DNA of 62,867 nucleotides. It comes from Octopus bimaculoides (taxonomy: Eukaryota). Position 1 is the stretch's first letter; each line of letters starts with the position of its first letter. The stretch is taken from assembly GCF_001194135.2 (NCBI RefSeq), contig NC_068991.1:15317103-15379969 (forward strand). The letters are read 5' to 3'. The notes beneath the pieces are model-generated. The model saw nothing but the letters and a program-made list of their open reading frames with translations, made no database searches and was not told where the DNA came from. This document shows positions 38,311 to 50,490 of the stretch, in pieces. Position numbers and translations under genes: made by a program.

Positions 38311-39592
38311 TCAACTGGGCTCCAGACACTATTACATGACCTAGCAATGATAGACCATTAAGGGAGATTCTATGTGGTATTTCGATCTGCTAGAAATAAC
38401 AGCCAAATATCCTTCATTAGAAGGGAAGGTCACGTTATATAATGCAGTTCTATGGACCTTTACAAAAACAGCAACATAACAAAAAAAATAGAGATGGTTG
38501 CCGGAATACCTTTGTTGAAAGTTCTGTTCAATCAGAATTGATGGAGACTGTACAACAACAACAACAAAGAAAGCACCACAAAAAAACAACAAAAACTACA
38601 TGTATTAGCAATAAGGGCAACAACAAATGCAACGAAGTATCGCTTGAAGCTTTCCTTATTGAATTGTAATGTGATGTCACAGAGTCTCTGAGACGTTGCA
38701 ACTGATCAAAGAACCTGTTTTCTCTTTGCTACTGTTTTGCGACGACATCGCGGGAAGCTAAAGAATAAATGTAGGCGGGAGATAAAAAAATAAATTGGAA
38801 GAGTGAGACGACGCGGCGAGAGGAATGAGGGAATAAAAGAGAAAATATNNNNNNNNNNNNNNNNNNNNNNNNNNNNNNNNNNNNNNNNNNNNNNNNNNNN
38901 NNNNNNNNNNNNNNNNNNNNNNNNNNNNNNNNNNNNNNNNNNNNNNNNNNNNNNNNNNNNNNNNNNNNNNNNNNNNNNNNNNNNNNNNNNNNNNNNNNNN
39001 NNNNNNNNNNNNNNNNNNNNNNNNNNNNNNNNNNNNNNNNNNNNNNNNNNNNNNNNNNNNNNNNNNNNNNNNNNNNNNNNNNNNNNNNNNNNNNNNNNNN
39101 NNNNNNNNNNNNNNNNNNNNNNNNNNNNNNNNNNNNNNNNNNNNNNNNNNNNNNNNNNNNNNNNNNNNNNNNNNNNNNNNNNNNNNNNNNNNNNNNNNNN
39201 NNNNNNNNNNNNNNNNNNNNNNNNNNNNNNNNNNNNNNNNNNNNNNNNNNNNNNNNNNNNNNNNNNNNNNNNNNNNNNNNNNNNNNNNNNNNNNNNNNNN
39301 NNNNNNNNNNNNNNNNNNNNNNNNNNNNNNNCTCCCACTCTCACCTCCCCAAACCCCAAAACCACCATTCCACACCACACACCACTACACACCACCATAC
39401 CACACCACACCACATCACACCACCCCGCACACACTAGCGCTGACCACTTCCCAGCACCCACACTATCATCCACACACCTACACATGTACACACGCACACG
39501 TCAAGGTCACCAGCCCCCATCCACACGCACATACACGCTCTCATATACACAAGCACGCGCACCTTCGTTTTGGGATCACCACTACTTTATTA

Positions 39593-40934
39593 TCAGGTCA
39601 TCCCATAAGTCCTGTCCGATTTTACCTTTTTTAAAACTGAATGAAATTCAATAGTATTTTAGAATGTCTAATAGAATTAAAAATTATTTTTATGCGTTTG
39701 TGTACATTTAAGCTAATTAGATATTATTTTACAGAATAATAGAATTAAAATTGTTTTGATTAAAACTCTTTCTAACATGGAAGTATCCAGAGAGAGTTTG
39801 AGGTACATAATGCTTTATGAGTACAAAAAAGGAAACTCTGCAACCGAAGAGACTCGAAATATACACTCAGTTTATGGGAAAGAAGGCTTGAATGAAAGAA
39901 CTTGCAGAAGATGGTTTGCAAAATTCAGAAGTGTGGATTTCATCCTTGAAGATGAAGATCGAACAGGACGTCCACTTGAGTTTGATGATAAGCTCCTTGA
40001 GGCATTACTTGAAGAAAATCCTGCATTATCAGTTGAAGAATTGGCAATAAAGCTTAGTTCAAGCCATACAACTGTTCATCNNNNNNNNNNAAAATCCTGC
40101 ATTATCAGTTGAAGAATTGGCAATAAAGCTTAGTTCAAGCCATACAACTGTTCATCGTCATCTTCAACAACTTGGAAAGGTTCCTAAACTTGGAAAATGG
40201 GTTCCTCATGAATTGTCCGAAAGCAACAGCAAATCCCGAGTTGACATCTGTTCTTCTCTCCCTTCTCACAAACTCATTTCACCCTTTTTGGATAGACTTG
40301 TGACTGGTGACGAAAAATGGATCGAAATGTTAAACGTCGTAAACAGTGGCTTGCTAAAAGAGAAAAGGCTCAACCACAACCGAGAAGGGAACTTCATAGG
40401 AAAAAGGTTCTTCTCTCTATCTAGTGGGATTGCAAAGGAGTAAGTCACTTTGAATTGTTACCACCTAATGCAAGAATCAATGCTCAAGTCTACTGTCAGC
40501 AGTTAGAACGTTTGAACCAAGCTTTGAAGAAAATAGACCCGCTTTAGTGAATCGAAAAGGATTGATGTTTCATCAGGACAATGCACAACCCAACACTGCA
40601 AAGATCACGTCACAGAAGACCGAAGAGCTTGGTTGGGGAAAAATTCCTCAGCCACCTTATTCTCCCTTCCTTGCTCCTTCAGACTACCGTTTGTTTCGTA
40701 GTTTACAGAATCATTTTGGGGACATAACTTTCACAAGCCAGGAGGAGGTCGAAACTGACATTTCAGAGTTCTTCGCTTTGAAACCAAAAGAGTTTTACAT
40801 TGATGGGATTAAAAAGCTTGTAAATAGATGGAAGGAAGTCAGATAATCAGGGAAAGTACATTGATGATTAAATTTCAATCAAATATAACATTGGATCACT
40901 TGTTTTCTTTATTCAAAATTATGGGATGACCTGA
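39593..40934 (+). mobile_element. Near full-length mariner (D,D34D), frameshifted
   Basis: Perfect 16-bp TIRs TCAGGTCATCCCATAA with TA duplications at 39591-92 and 40935-36. ATG at 39777, WVPHEL, LVTGDEKW, HQDNA-(34)-YSPFLAPSD. The 66 bp at 40015-40080 are repeated at 40091-40156 across a 10-N gap. Confidence 0.95.
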
Positions 40935-41045
40935 TATCTCTTTCTTCCTAGCTCTCCTGTGTGACTCCTCTGTCCGGCATTCGCCATGATAGATCACTAG
41001 CCACTAAGCCTTTTTTATTTTCTCTCCCTGTTTATTTCTGTGTTC

Positions 41046-41081
41046 CTTTCTGTCGAAGAGCGTAGGCTCGAAATGTAAAAG
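41046..41081 (+). ncRNA. Minimal hammerhead-like fold with variant core CUGUCGA
   Basis: CTTT CTGTCGA A GAGC-GTAG-GCTC GAAA TG TA|AAAG, with stems I and II paired. Confidence 0.5.
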
Positions 41082-41460
41082 ATATTCTCACTTCCCGAGC
41101 GTTAAACTAATGCATCTGTTTGTTGTTTAAACACCCGTCTTCGTCTTCTTTTTTTGTATGGTCATTACATATTATTACTCTACTGGAGCATATTTGACTT
41201 AGAGTTGTTTCCAGTAGTCATTATAGGTACATTACTGATAGGTTTACTCAATCGGTCCATTGATCAATTGAGACAATAGCCATTCCTCTAATGCTCTGCT
41301 TGTTGTAACCAGAAATGGGCCTGACGAAAGTAGCGCTAATTTTCTTAGGTTGTTCAACCGTTTCTTAATATACAATATCTGTACACCATTTCAAACGCTC
41401 AATCACACACTCTTTCTCTCTCTCTCTCTTTATATATATATATACAAAATTACACATACA

Positions 41461-41496
<36 letters not shown>

Positions 41497-41997
41497 CACA
41501 CACATATATATACATACATTATACATCACATCTACAGTGAGAAAATTGATGTTCAAACATAAAATAAATATATATCCAAGATAATTACGAACTCAAATAA
41601 TAACAATACGTTATTACAATACAGTAAATTTTTGAAGAGCAGAAGAGCATAAATTGCACATACAGTTAAGAACGAAAATTACGAAACAATAACATTCTTT
41701 TTATCATATATGTTAAAAAATCTCACATAAAACTATAGCTTAGCTATTTGACCATAATGAAAAATCTTTAATTATCTACGAGGACAAATTAATCACATGG
41801 CTTAATTATTGGCGGCAAAATGGACACCTTTTCCTTTGGCAAGGATTCAAACAATGTATTGATATTCCATCGATTTTCAAAGGTTCGTTAAGTCGATAAA
41901 AGTACATGTGGTTTCAACAATTCCACATGAACAAGAAACATTCGGCAATGTCCCTCTCTCTCTCCCCCCTCTTTCTTTCTTGATAGATTTATATATG

Positions 41998-42095
<98 letters not shown>

Positions 42096-42257
42096 GATAT
42101 GTGTGTGTATGTATGTATATATATATATATATATATGTATAAACTGATTTCAACTTACGTTGAAAGTCAACAAAGTTTGCTTTAGAAGCATTGAGATGTA
42201 TTGAAAATTACAGATAAGGAAATGATTTTATTCTCAAACGCAGGATAATGTTAATAA

Positions 42258-42341
42258 TATAGCATGAACAGGATAAACTATCCATATTTTGTAGAAAAAT
42301 CTTTCTGCAAAATATGGACAGCTTATCCTGTTCATGTTATA
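42258..42341. repeat. Inverted repeat (about 40-bp arms, 4-nt loop)
   Basis: ..GCATGAACAGGATAAACTATCCATATTTTGTAGAAA pairs with TTTCTGCAAAATATGGACAGCTTATCCTGTTCATGT. A half copy of the same family lies at ~10550-10680. Confidence 0.85.
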
Positions 42342-42773
42342 TTCTTAGCNNNNNNNNNNNNNNNNNNNNNNNNNNNNNNNNNNNNNNNNNNNNNNNNNNN
42401 NNNNNNNNNNNNNNNNNNNNNNNNNNNNNNNNNNNNNNNNNNNNNNNNNNNNNNNNNNNNNNNNNNNNNNNNNNNNNNNNNNNNNNNNNNNNNNNNNNNN
42501 NNNNNNNNNNNNNNNNNNNNNNNNNNNNNNNNNNNNNNNNNNNNNNNNNNNNNNNNNNNNNNNNNNNNNNNNNNNNNNNNNNNNNNNNNNNNNNNNNNNN
42601 NNNNNNNNNNNNNNNNNNNNNNNNNNNNNNNNNNNNNNNNNNNNNNNNNNNNNNNNNNNNNNNNNNNNNNNNNNNNNNNNNNNNNNNNNNNNNNNNNNNN
42701 NNNNNNNNNNNNNNNNNNNNNNNNNNNNNNNNNNNNNNNNNNNNNNNNNNNNNNNNNNNNNNNNNNNNNNNNN

Positions 42774-42806
<33 letters not shown>

Positions 42807-42924
42807 GTGAAGTATATTTGCCACTTAAATGTGGTTAACCCTTAAGGGTGGATGCCATTGCAGCTTGTAGCCCCAGGAAGACACCTCCTCCATCTGGCTA
42901 TTGACACACTTTCTGTGCCCTATC

Positions 42925-43073
42925 ACATTTAAGTGGCAAATATACTTCCCGATGTCGTGCAGCTACTGTTTATACCTCGCTCAGAGATTTATTATTGCTT
43001 GTCTACACTTTTTAGAAATCAAGTATAAACAGTAGCTGCACGACATCGTGAAGTATATTTGCCACTTAAATGT
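42925..43073. mobile_element. Small foldback/MITE (51-bp arms, 47-bp spacer)
   Basis: 42925-42975 is the reverse complement of 43023-43073 with about 2 mismatches. A third arm-end copy lies at 42809-42833. Confidence 0.85.
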
Positions 43074-43077
43074 ATAC

Positions 43078-43245
43078 ATACGACAGGCTTCTTTCAATTT
43101 CGGTCAACCAAATCCACTCACAAGGTTTTTGGTCTGTCCGAGGTTATAGTATAAGACGCTCGCCCAAGGTGCCACGCAGTGGGACAGAACTCGGAACCAT
43201 GTGGTTGGGAATCAAGCTGCTTACCACACAGTGACGCATGCGCCT
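43078..43245 (-). mobile_element. SINE family D, 5' half
   Basis: CGACAGGCTTCTTTCAATTTCGG..GGAACCATGTGGTTGGGA. Confidence 0.8.
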
Positions 43246-44271
43246 CGACACATATGTATGCATGTATGTATGTATGTATGTATGTATGATATATTACAAA
43301 CATTTTATCATATACGGCAGAAATGTACCTTCTTGTAAGCTTCACAAAGAGCTCAGCAAACTCACAAATACCTACGCCGATAAAATAATAAAATTTATAT
43401 GATCTATTATATTTCGGGACGGTCATTTTTTTCCCCTTTTGCGAAATAAACACACACACTATATATTCGTTCTTCACTTCAGCTTTATTATTACTCTTAT
43501 TTTTCTGCCCTTTGTCCTAAACCTTTCGTCACACATTCTGTGACCTCTTCAGTGACTCTCCATCACATGTGTCTCCCCCTCTTCAGTTTAGGCCATTTAT
43601 GTTGTTTCTCTAGGTTTAAGTTCATTGAGCTGTTTGGTAAAATTTTCGCCAAAGTACACTATATGTTTTTTATTTGAGGAATGTGTATTAATATATAATT
43701 TCTGTTAAATCTGAAATAATAAATCTTCAATATACAGAACATTGCATTGTAAAGTATCTTGCAAATTGGAAATGAAAGCCACTTTGACTAAATTTATGAC
43801 AACCCTTCGGACCCCTTTATGTTTCACTCTGTTATATGAATAACTATATCTCAAACAGTAATGTTTTTGCGGCCTCCTAAGGAAGATAACTGAGGGGGGG
43901 GGGGGTGTACGTGTTTAAGAAGCTTAAATGTACAACGAAATATAAATATATATGTTCCTGTATATATATATACGTATTCACACTCATACACACACACATA
44001 CACAAACACATATAAGAGAGGGGTATGGAGGGAGAGGAAGAGAGAGAGGGAGAGAGAGGGAGAGAGATTTTTAATGTCACGTACTTTAGCCCATCGGGCT
44101 TCTTGCCAGAAGAACGTGACATTGTTTGATTCCTCGACGTTATGTATGTATATGTGTTTGTGTGTGTGTGTGCGCGTGTGTGTGTGTGTTAGTATGTATG
44201 TATATATATGTATGTATGCATACATACAGTCTGTCAATTTAGTGTCGATTACACTTTGTTTCTAAAAGCTA

Positions 44272-44303
<32 letters not shown>

Positions 44304-44318
44304 GCATTCTCTCTCACC

Positions 44319-44370
<52 letters not shown>

Positions 44371-44371
44371 A

Positions 44372-44408
<37 letters not shown>

Positions 44409-45209
44409 GAGAGATAGATAGATAGATAGGTAGGTAGGTAGAGAGAGAGAGAGAGAGAGAGAGATAGGGCCAAACATTTGTGTATATGCACGTGCTCTCA
44501 CTATTTTTAGTAACCCAAAATTGCTTTTACAAGAGACCCTCACCTAAAACACCACCATGTACTCAACTTAAAATCCAGAAAATTACTACTTATAGCACTC
44601 AGAAAATTCTACCGACCAAATTTGCACCAACAGAATTATTCTCCCCACATTTTAAAAACACGAACATTACAATTCATCCTTTTTCTATTCGAAGCACTTC
44701 CATACGCTTGCCGTAAACTGTATGCTTGTGTTCAAACTTTTAGTTCACCCTTTTCTTATACGTTCTCAGTGTTATGAAGTTTACCTTTTCTGAGTCCTAA
44801 GTTTACTGGGAATGTGTCTCATATATGATGCATGGACATCAGAGAAATAAGTCTTGCGTATTACATGAGATGCACAGGAGAGGCGAAAGGTTAAACAACT
44901 GTTCGGCTGATTTCTGTTAGAATCTACAAAAAGAAATTTTAATTCTGACAAATTCCTTTTCACCCCTTTCCTTTCCCACTCAAGCTCAGTAGACCGTGTT
45001 TGTTGTCAGTTATTTCGTACCAATTTGTTTTTCCGTGCTCCATTACCTGTGACATGAGACAAGAAAGCCCGCATTTTTTTATGTCCCCTTAATCAGCGTC
45101 ATTTGTGCAAAGTATATTATGCCATTCGAAGTGTAATAACTCTAAGACCCCACAGTGTCGTCATCTGAAGACCTGAAACGAGGATTTGGGGAAAAAGACT
45201 TTAAGAAAG

Positions 45210-45540
45210 GGTAAAGACCCTCTTTGCTCATGAAGGACTATGGGATTGCACCTAGAAAGCTCCCCTCCAAGGCACAAGTACGGGCAAGGTTGTTTATGGA
45301 GGACCAGCAGTCGCCCATGCATATCAGCCTCGACTCTCCACGCCACCGATGTTATCCAAGGGAAAAGCAAAGGCCGATACAGCTCGGCACCACTGACATC
45401 GCAACTCATTTCTACAGCTGAGTGAACTGGAGCAACGTGAAATAGAGTGTCTTGCTCAAGAACACAACACACAGCCCAGTCCAGGAATTGAACTCACTAT
45501 TTCATGATTGTGAGCCCGACGTTCTAATCACTGAGCCACA
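45210..45540 (-). mobile_element. tRNA-derived SINE, family C
   Basis: Reverse-complement homologue of 52715-53030. Confidence 0.9.
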
Positions 45541-45659
45541 ATGACTTAGATTCTAATAAATAATTTTATTCCTCTCTGTATGACACTAATCGAGATTTTT
45601 TTTTTTTTGTGCTTGATTGTAATTTACATCCCTGAATAACGGTCATATAAGTCATTTCT

Positions 45660-45960
45660 TCATTAACTGGCACTTCGTCGGTTGCGACGGAACAGCTTGT
45701 TCGTAAAATTAACGTGCAAGTAACTGAGCACTCCACAGACACGCATACCCTTAACGTAGTTCACTGGGAACTTCAGCGTGTCACAAAATGTGACAAGGCT
45801 GGCCCTTTTTTGAAATACAGGTACTACTCATTTTTGCTAGCTGAGCGCATTGGAGAAACATGAAATAAAATGTCTTGCTCAATGATACAAACCGTCGCTG
45901 GGAATTGAACTCACGATCTTACGACCGTGAGCCGAATGCCCTAACCACTAAGTCACACGC
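45660..45960 (-). mobile_element. Composite SINE (family B body with family C-type head)
   Basis: TTAACGTGCAAG..CCCTTAACGTAG..GACAAGGCTGGCCCTT joined to GCTGAG..GGAATTGAACTCACG. The same build occurs at 58800-59100. Confidence 0.8.
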
Positions 45961-46046
45961 GAAAAGGCAGAAGATAGAAAAGGCAGAAGATAGAAAAGGC
46001 AGAAAATAGAAAAGGCAGAAGATAGAAAAGGCAGAAGATAGAAAAT
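45961..46046. repeat. 16-bp minisatellite, about 5 copies
   Basis: (GAAAAGGCAGAAGATA)n. Confidence 0.95.
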
Positions 46047-46459
46047 CAGTCATGGGTCATGTGTGGGCAGCAGATACAAGGAAAAGACAATGAGAGAGAG
46101 GGAGAGAGAGCGTGACAGAGAGAGAGAGAACATGGGAAGGAAGGGAGAAAGTCTACAATTAAGTGTGAGAAGACGAAAGAGAGGGAGAGAGGTAGTAGCG
46201 ATGCTAGATAGGGAATATTAGGACGAGAGAGAAAGAAGGAAAGAGTCGCAAAAATGTATACAAACTTATTTTTAACTAAAGTCGGGATACGTTATCCCTT
46301 AAATGAAAAATGAATTAAATACTACAAAACGTACACACGTAGTACAGACACAAGGACCATAATGCTTCATCAGAGCTGCATTATGGTTATACCGATATAA
46401 TGTAGGATAAATATAATAATAACAATTATTCTAGGATGGAATTTATAAATATTTAATAC

Positions 46460-46838
46460 ATCGCTACGCGCGTTTCCACAAATCACATGATTTTAACTTC
46501 AGAGTCGGTATCCTATGGTTTAGTACAGTATAGTCCGTATTATCCGTGGGCATCCGGTTGATAATCATCATTGATTCATCCCATCAGGCGACACTGCATT
46601 AGTGGATGAATCACAAAGGGATGTTTATCTCTTCTTGCCAGTATGAAGGCCAATCTAGCTATAAAGGTTAAAAACACCCCTCTGCAATTCATCCAATAAT
46701 GCAGTATCGCCTGATGAAATGAATCAATAATGATGATCAACCGGATGCCCACGGATAATACAGACTATACTGTACTAATATGAAGGATACCGACTCTGAT
46801 GTCAAAATGATATGATTTGTGGAAACGCGCGTAGCGAT
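46460..46838. mobile_element. Foldback element (about 167-bp arms, about 45-bp spacer)
   Basis: Starts ATCGCTACGCGCGTTTCCACAAATCA and ends TGATTTGTGGAAACGCGCGTAGCGAT. The arms are complementary throughout, with scattered mismatches. Confidence 0.9.
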
Positions 46839-46900
46839 CGCTGACCACTACATATTTTTTTCTCTCTCCTTGTTTCTCTCCTTGTTTCTTTCTCTGTTAA

Positions 46901-46934
46901 TTTCTGTTGAAGAGCGTAGGCTCGAAACGTCAAA
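46901..46934 (+). ncRNA. Minimal hammerhead-like fold with variant core CUGUUGA
   Basis: TTT CTGTTGA A GAGC-GTAG-GCTC GAAA CG TC|AAA, with a palindromic ACGT stem III and a GUC triplet. Confidence 0.5.
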
Positions 46935-47028
46935 GACGTTCTCTATTCCCGAGCATTATACTAATACATCCATTTGTTGTTTACACCACCTGTCTTCGTC
47001 TGTTGTTTTTTCGTGAATTCATCCATAC

Positions 47029-47074
<46 letters not shown>

Positions 47075-47081
47075 ATATATA

Positions 47082-47124
<43 letters not shown>

Positions 47125-47219
47125 CTCGGTTATCTTGATATAGCAATATGCCATGCCTACCAAGAATTATTTCGAAGAACTATTTCCAAATAGAATCAAC
47201 ATATCACGTCTGTCGTGAC

Positions 47220-49270
47220 TTTCCTCAATTCCTGAACCAGCTTGACTATATATTTTGTTGCACATTTCTAGCTAATCGCCTCCAGTTGAACTGAATTGAT
47301 GCGTCACGTCTTCCTGTTCCAACCACAGCCACCACTACTACTAATCTGGTTCGCTGTGTCTCTTCCTGTTCCTGGTGACGTATTTTACTGAACTTGATCG
47401 ATATATTACGTCTTGCCTGTATTCAGATATATCTACTGTTGAAACTGGAGCGCTAAATTATATTTTGCTTTGTTTCCTCAATGTCTCTTTCTGAATTGGG
47501 TCGACGTAGCGATGTCTCTCGTGTCCTCTATCCTATCCGATGTTTTCTATTCAAATACATCGACTTGTCACGTCTCTCTTGCCCACCACGCCATTTTATA
47601 CAATGTCTGCATCGAAGAGTCACATATACCTTCTCTTCGACTTACGGCCTATGCGACTTACGACCATCCACACTTACAACCACAAAAAAATTAAATAAAT
47701 AAATAAAATCGATTTTCGTACGTTGTTCAGCAACCTAACTGCGCAGGAGTAGCAACCTAACTGCGCAGGAGTAGCAACCTAACTACGCAGAACAGAGACC
47801 GTTATAGTAGGGGTGGAATGGAGTGTGTGACGAGACAGTGGGTTTGTCGTCTAGCCCTTTAGCTGTCTGGATCAAATATTCTACCCGTTTTATGTCCAGA
47901 CTGGCCTGATCCGGCTTCTCACACTTAACCAGCAATGCTATTCTAAAAATAAATGATCGCATCATCGAAATCTCGGAGTTACGAGATAATGCACAAATGA
48001 TTCAAAACAGTGTGAATAAATAAACACCACACTTGAATAAAGTAATCTAAAAGCTAAAGGGTTAGGAATGTGTTGTTTGAATCGAGTCCTTACCATTCAG
48101 TTTGATGATTTCTCCCAATTTTTGTATCGATGTGCGATGGCTTTTGTTGTGTCTCGTCGACGCTGTTATGTCTTTCTTTGTACTCACTGTGTAATGCCAC
48201 TTTATAACGTTGACTTATATAACAAGGTTATGACAATACGAATATCAACCAGAAACAACACATAACAAACAATATCACTTCTCAACGACTTCTACGACTG
48301 TCTTCCACAAAGTGCCTGCACCCGCCACACTGTCCTTCACTCACAGTGCGCATGCGCCTTTATACGGTTTAGGACTTGCTATCTCACAGAGGTGTCAGGA
48401 TTTCACCCCACAACAGCTTTTCGATTTCTTCTGTATGCCTCCAACTAAACTGAATCGATACTTCATGTCTTTCATACTTCCACTCGCCCATCCAGTGCTT
48501 CTAATTGAAGTAGATCGATGTGTCATATCTCTCCGGCCGTCGCCACCACAATGCTTCCACTTGGACTGGATCGATTTGTTATTTCTCTCCAGTGCCCTAC
48601 CTGGGGCTTCCAACGAAAACAGATCGATGTTCCACAACTTTCTTGCTCCTTTACCGTATGATTTTTCCCACTTGAACTCGATCGATGTAATTTTATCTTT
48701 CCTGGTCGTCCCGATCTCTAACTGAAGAGAGCTTTCACGTGGCCACATTAATTGCTAGAAATAGCAGCCAGACCACCCTCAAGTAAGAAAGGGACACCAT
48801 AGCTAATGTAGTCTTATGTGCCCCCCCCCCCAAAGGTGAGATGGTTACGAATGGGATATTGTTGATCACATGTCTGCTCCATCAAGTTTGACCTCGAGCT
48901 AAACTAAGACATATATAACATCACCTGATACCATATATAACATCACCTGATCGATGAGTTATATGTTTTTTTGGCCTACTAATGTCTGCCTCTAATTTAC
49001 AGAACATGAGATGAGTCACGTCTTGCTTGCTTGTTCGATGCTTCCTTTTCTACCTTAATCAATGAATCATGCCTGTAATATCTTCTGAATCGGACGAACG
49101 AGTCATGTCTGCCATATAATTTCCTCTCCTGAACTGGAGCAATGACACACGCGTGTCATATCCTTTCTTTTGAACTGGAGTGATTATGTCTACTGTATAT
49201 TTTTCATATTTATCCTTCTTAACTGAAACTATCACTCATATCTGCCATTTGCCCTTCTGATCTGGAGTGA
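47220..49270. repeat. Degenerate ~47-60 bp periodic array in three blocks
   Basis: A recurrent TGAACTGGATCGAT-like core appears in blocks 47220-47625, 48435-48730 and 49000-49270. Confidence 0.6.
47729..47790. repeat. 22-bp tandem repeat, about 2.8 copies
   Basis: (AGCAACCTAACTGCGCAGGAGT)n. Confidence 0.95.
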
Positions 49271-49764
49271 TCAGTCAATTCAAAAAGCAGAGAAAAAAAA
49301 AAAAGAAAAAGAAAATAAGCAAACAAACTTAACAGGTAGCACAGGCAATGTATTTATATGACGCTCGGAGATGGAAGAGTGCTGTTGTTTTACGTTCCAA
49401 CTATAGCTCTTTGTCGGAAACAGGAAATACAGGGAAGTCCTGAGGGGAAGAAGGAAGGAGGAAAAAATCACCAACAATCCACGTGCGTTCACATTTCTGA
49501 AGTGACCGGAAGTAAAAGGAGGAAGAGAAAGTGTTTTTCGGGACAGGAGAGTGTGAAGATGGTCGGTATGTGTCCGTGTGTGTGTGTGTGTATGGCTGGG
49601 GCGGGGGAGGGTGTGTATGGTAGCGCGCTTGAAACGTAGAACAACAACTCTCTTCCTTCTCCGAGCGTCGTATTAATGCATTGCTTGTGCTACGTCCTAA
49701 CGTTTGTTTGTTTTTTCTTTTTCTCTGTTTTTTTTTTTTTTAATTGACTATTCACTGCACGCTC

Positions 49765-50490
49765 ACACGCCGGGTGGAATGCTTAGCGGTATTTCATCTG
49801 TCTTTACCTTCTGAGTTCAAATTTCACCGAGGTCGACTTTGCCTTTCATCCTTTCTGGATCAATTAAATAAGTACCAGTTACGCACTGGGGTCGATATAA
49901 TCGACTTAATGCCTTTGTCCTTGTTTGTCCCCTNNNNNNNNNNNNNNNNNNNNNNNNNNNNNNNNNNNNNNNNNNNNNNNNNNNNNNNNNNNNNNNNNNN
50001 NNNNNNNNNNNNNNNNNNNNNNNNNNNNNNNNNNNNNNNNNNNNNNNNNNNNNNNNNNNNNNNNNNNNNNNNNNNNNNNNNNNNNNNNNCACCGAGGTCG
50101 ACTTTGCCTTTCATCCTTTCTGGATCAATTAAATAAGTACCAGTTACGCACTGGGGTCGATATAATCGACTTAATGCCTTTGTCCTTGTTTGTCCCCTTT
50201 ATGTTTTGTCCTCTGTGGGCAATAAAGAAATAAATATTTTTGCTCATTTAAAGCGCCGAGCTGGCAGAACCGTTAGCACGCCGGATAAAATGCTTACCAT
50301 TCTATGTTTAGCCCCCTGTGGGCAATAAAGAAATTGGTATTTCGTCTGTCTTTACCTTCTGAGCTCAAATTCCACCGAGGTCGACTTTGCCTTTCATCCT
50401 TTCTGGATCAATTAAATAAGTACCAGCTGCGTACTGAGGTCGATCTAATTGACTAGCCTCCTCTCCAAAAACTTCAGGCCTTGTGTCTAG
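49765..50490 (+). mobile_element. Tandem family A SINE copies, partly duplicated across a gap
   Basis: 49826-49933 is identical to 50090-50197. A diverged third copy lies at 50340-50490. Confidence 0.85.

Noticed and set aside
40015-40156. Tandem duplication inside the mariner
   Set aside because: It is an exact 66-bp repeat either side of a 10-N gap, typical of an unmerged contig overlap.
44781-44963. Possible small coding exon
   Set aside because: It is short, has no recognisable homology and lacks a convincing pair of splice sites.
48435-48730. CRISPR array
   Set aside because: The repeats are far too degenerate, no cas genes are present and the context is eukaryotic. It is kept only as an unexplained periodic array.
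49826-50197. Recent SINE tandem duplication
   Set aside because: Identical sequence flanks a gap, so this is probably an assembly overlap or a haplotype duplicate.
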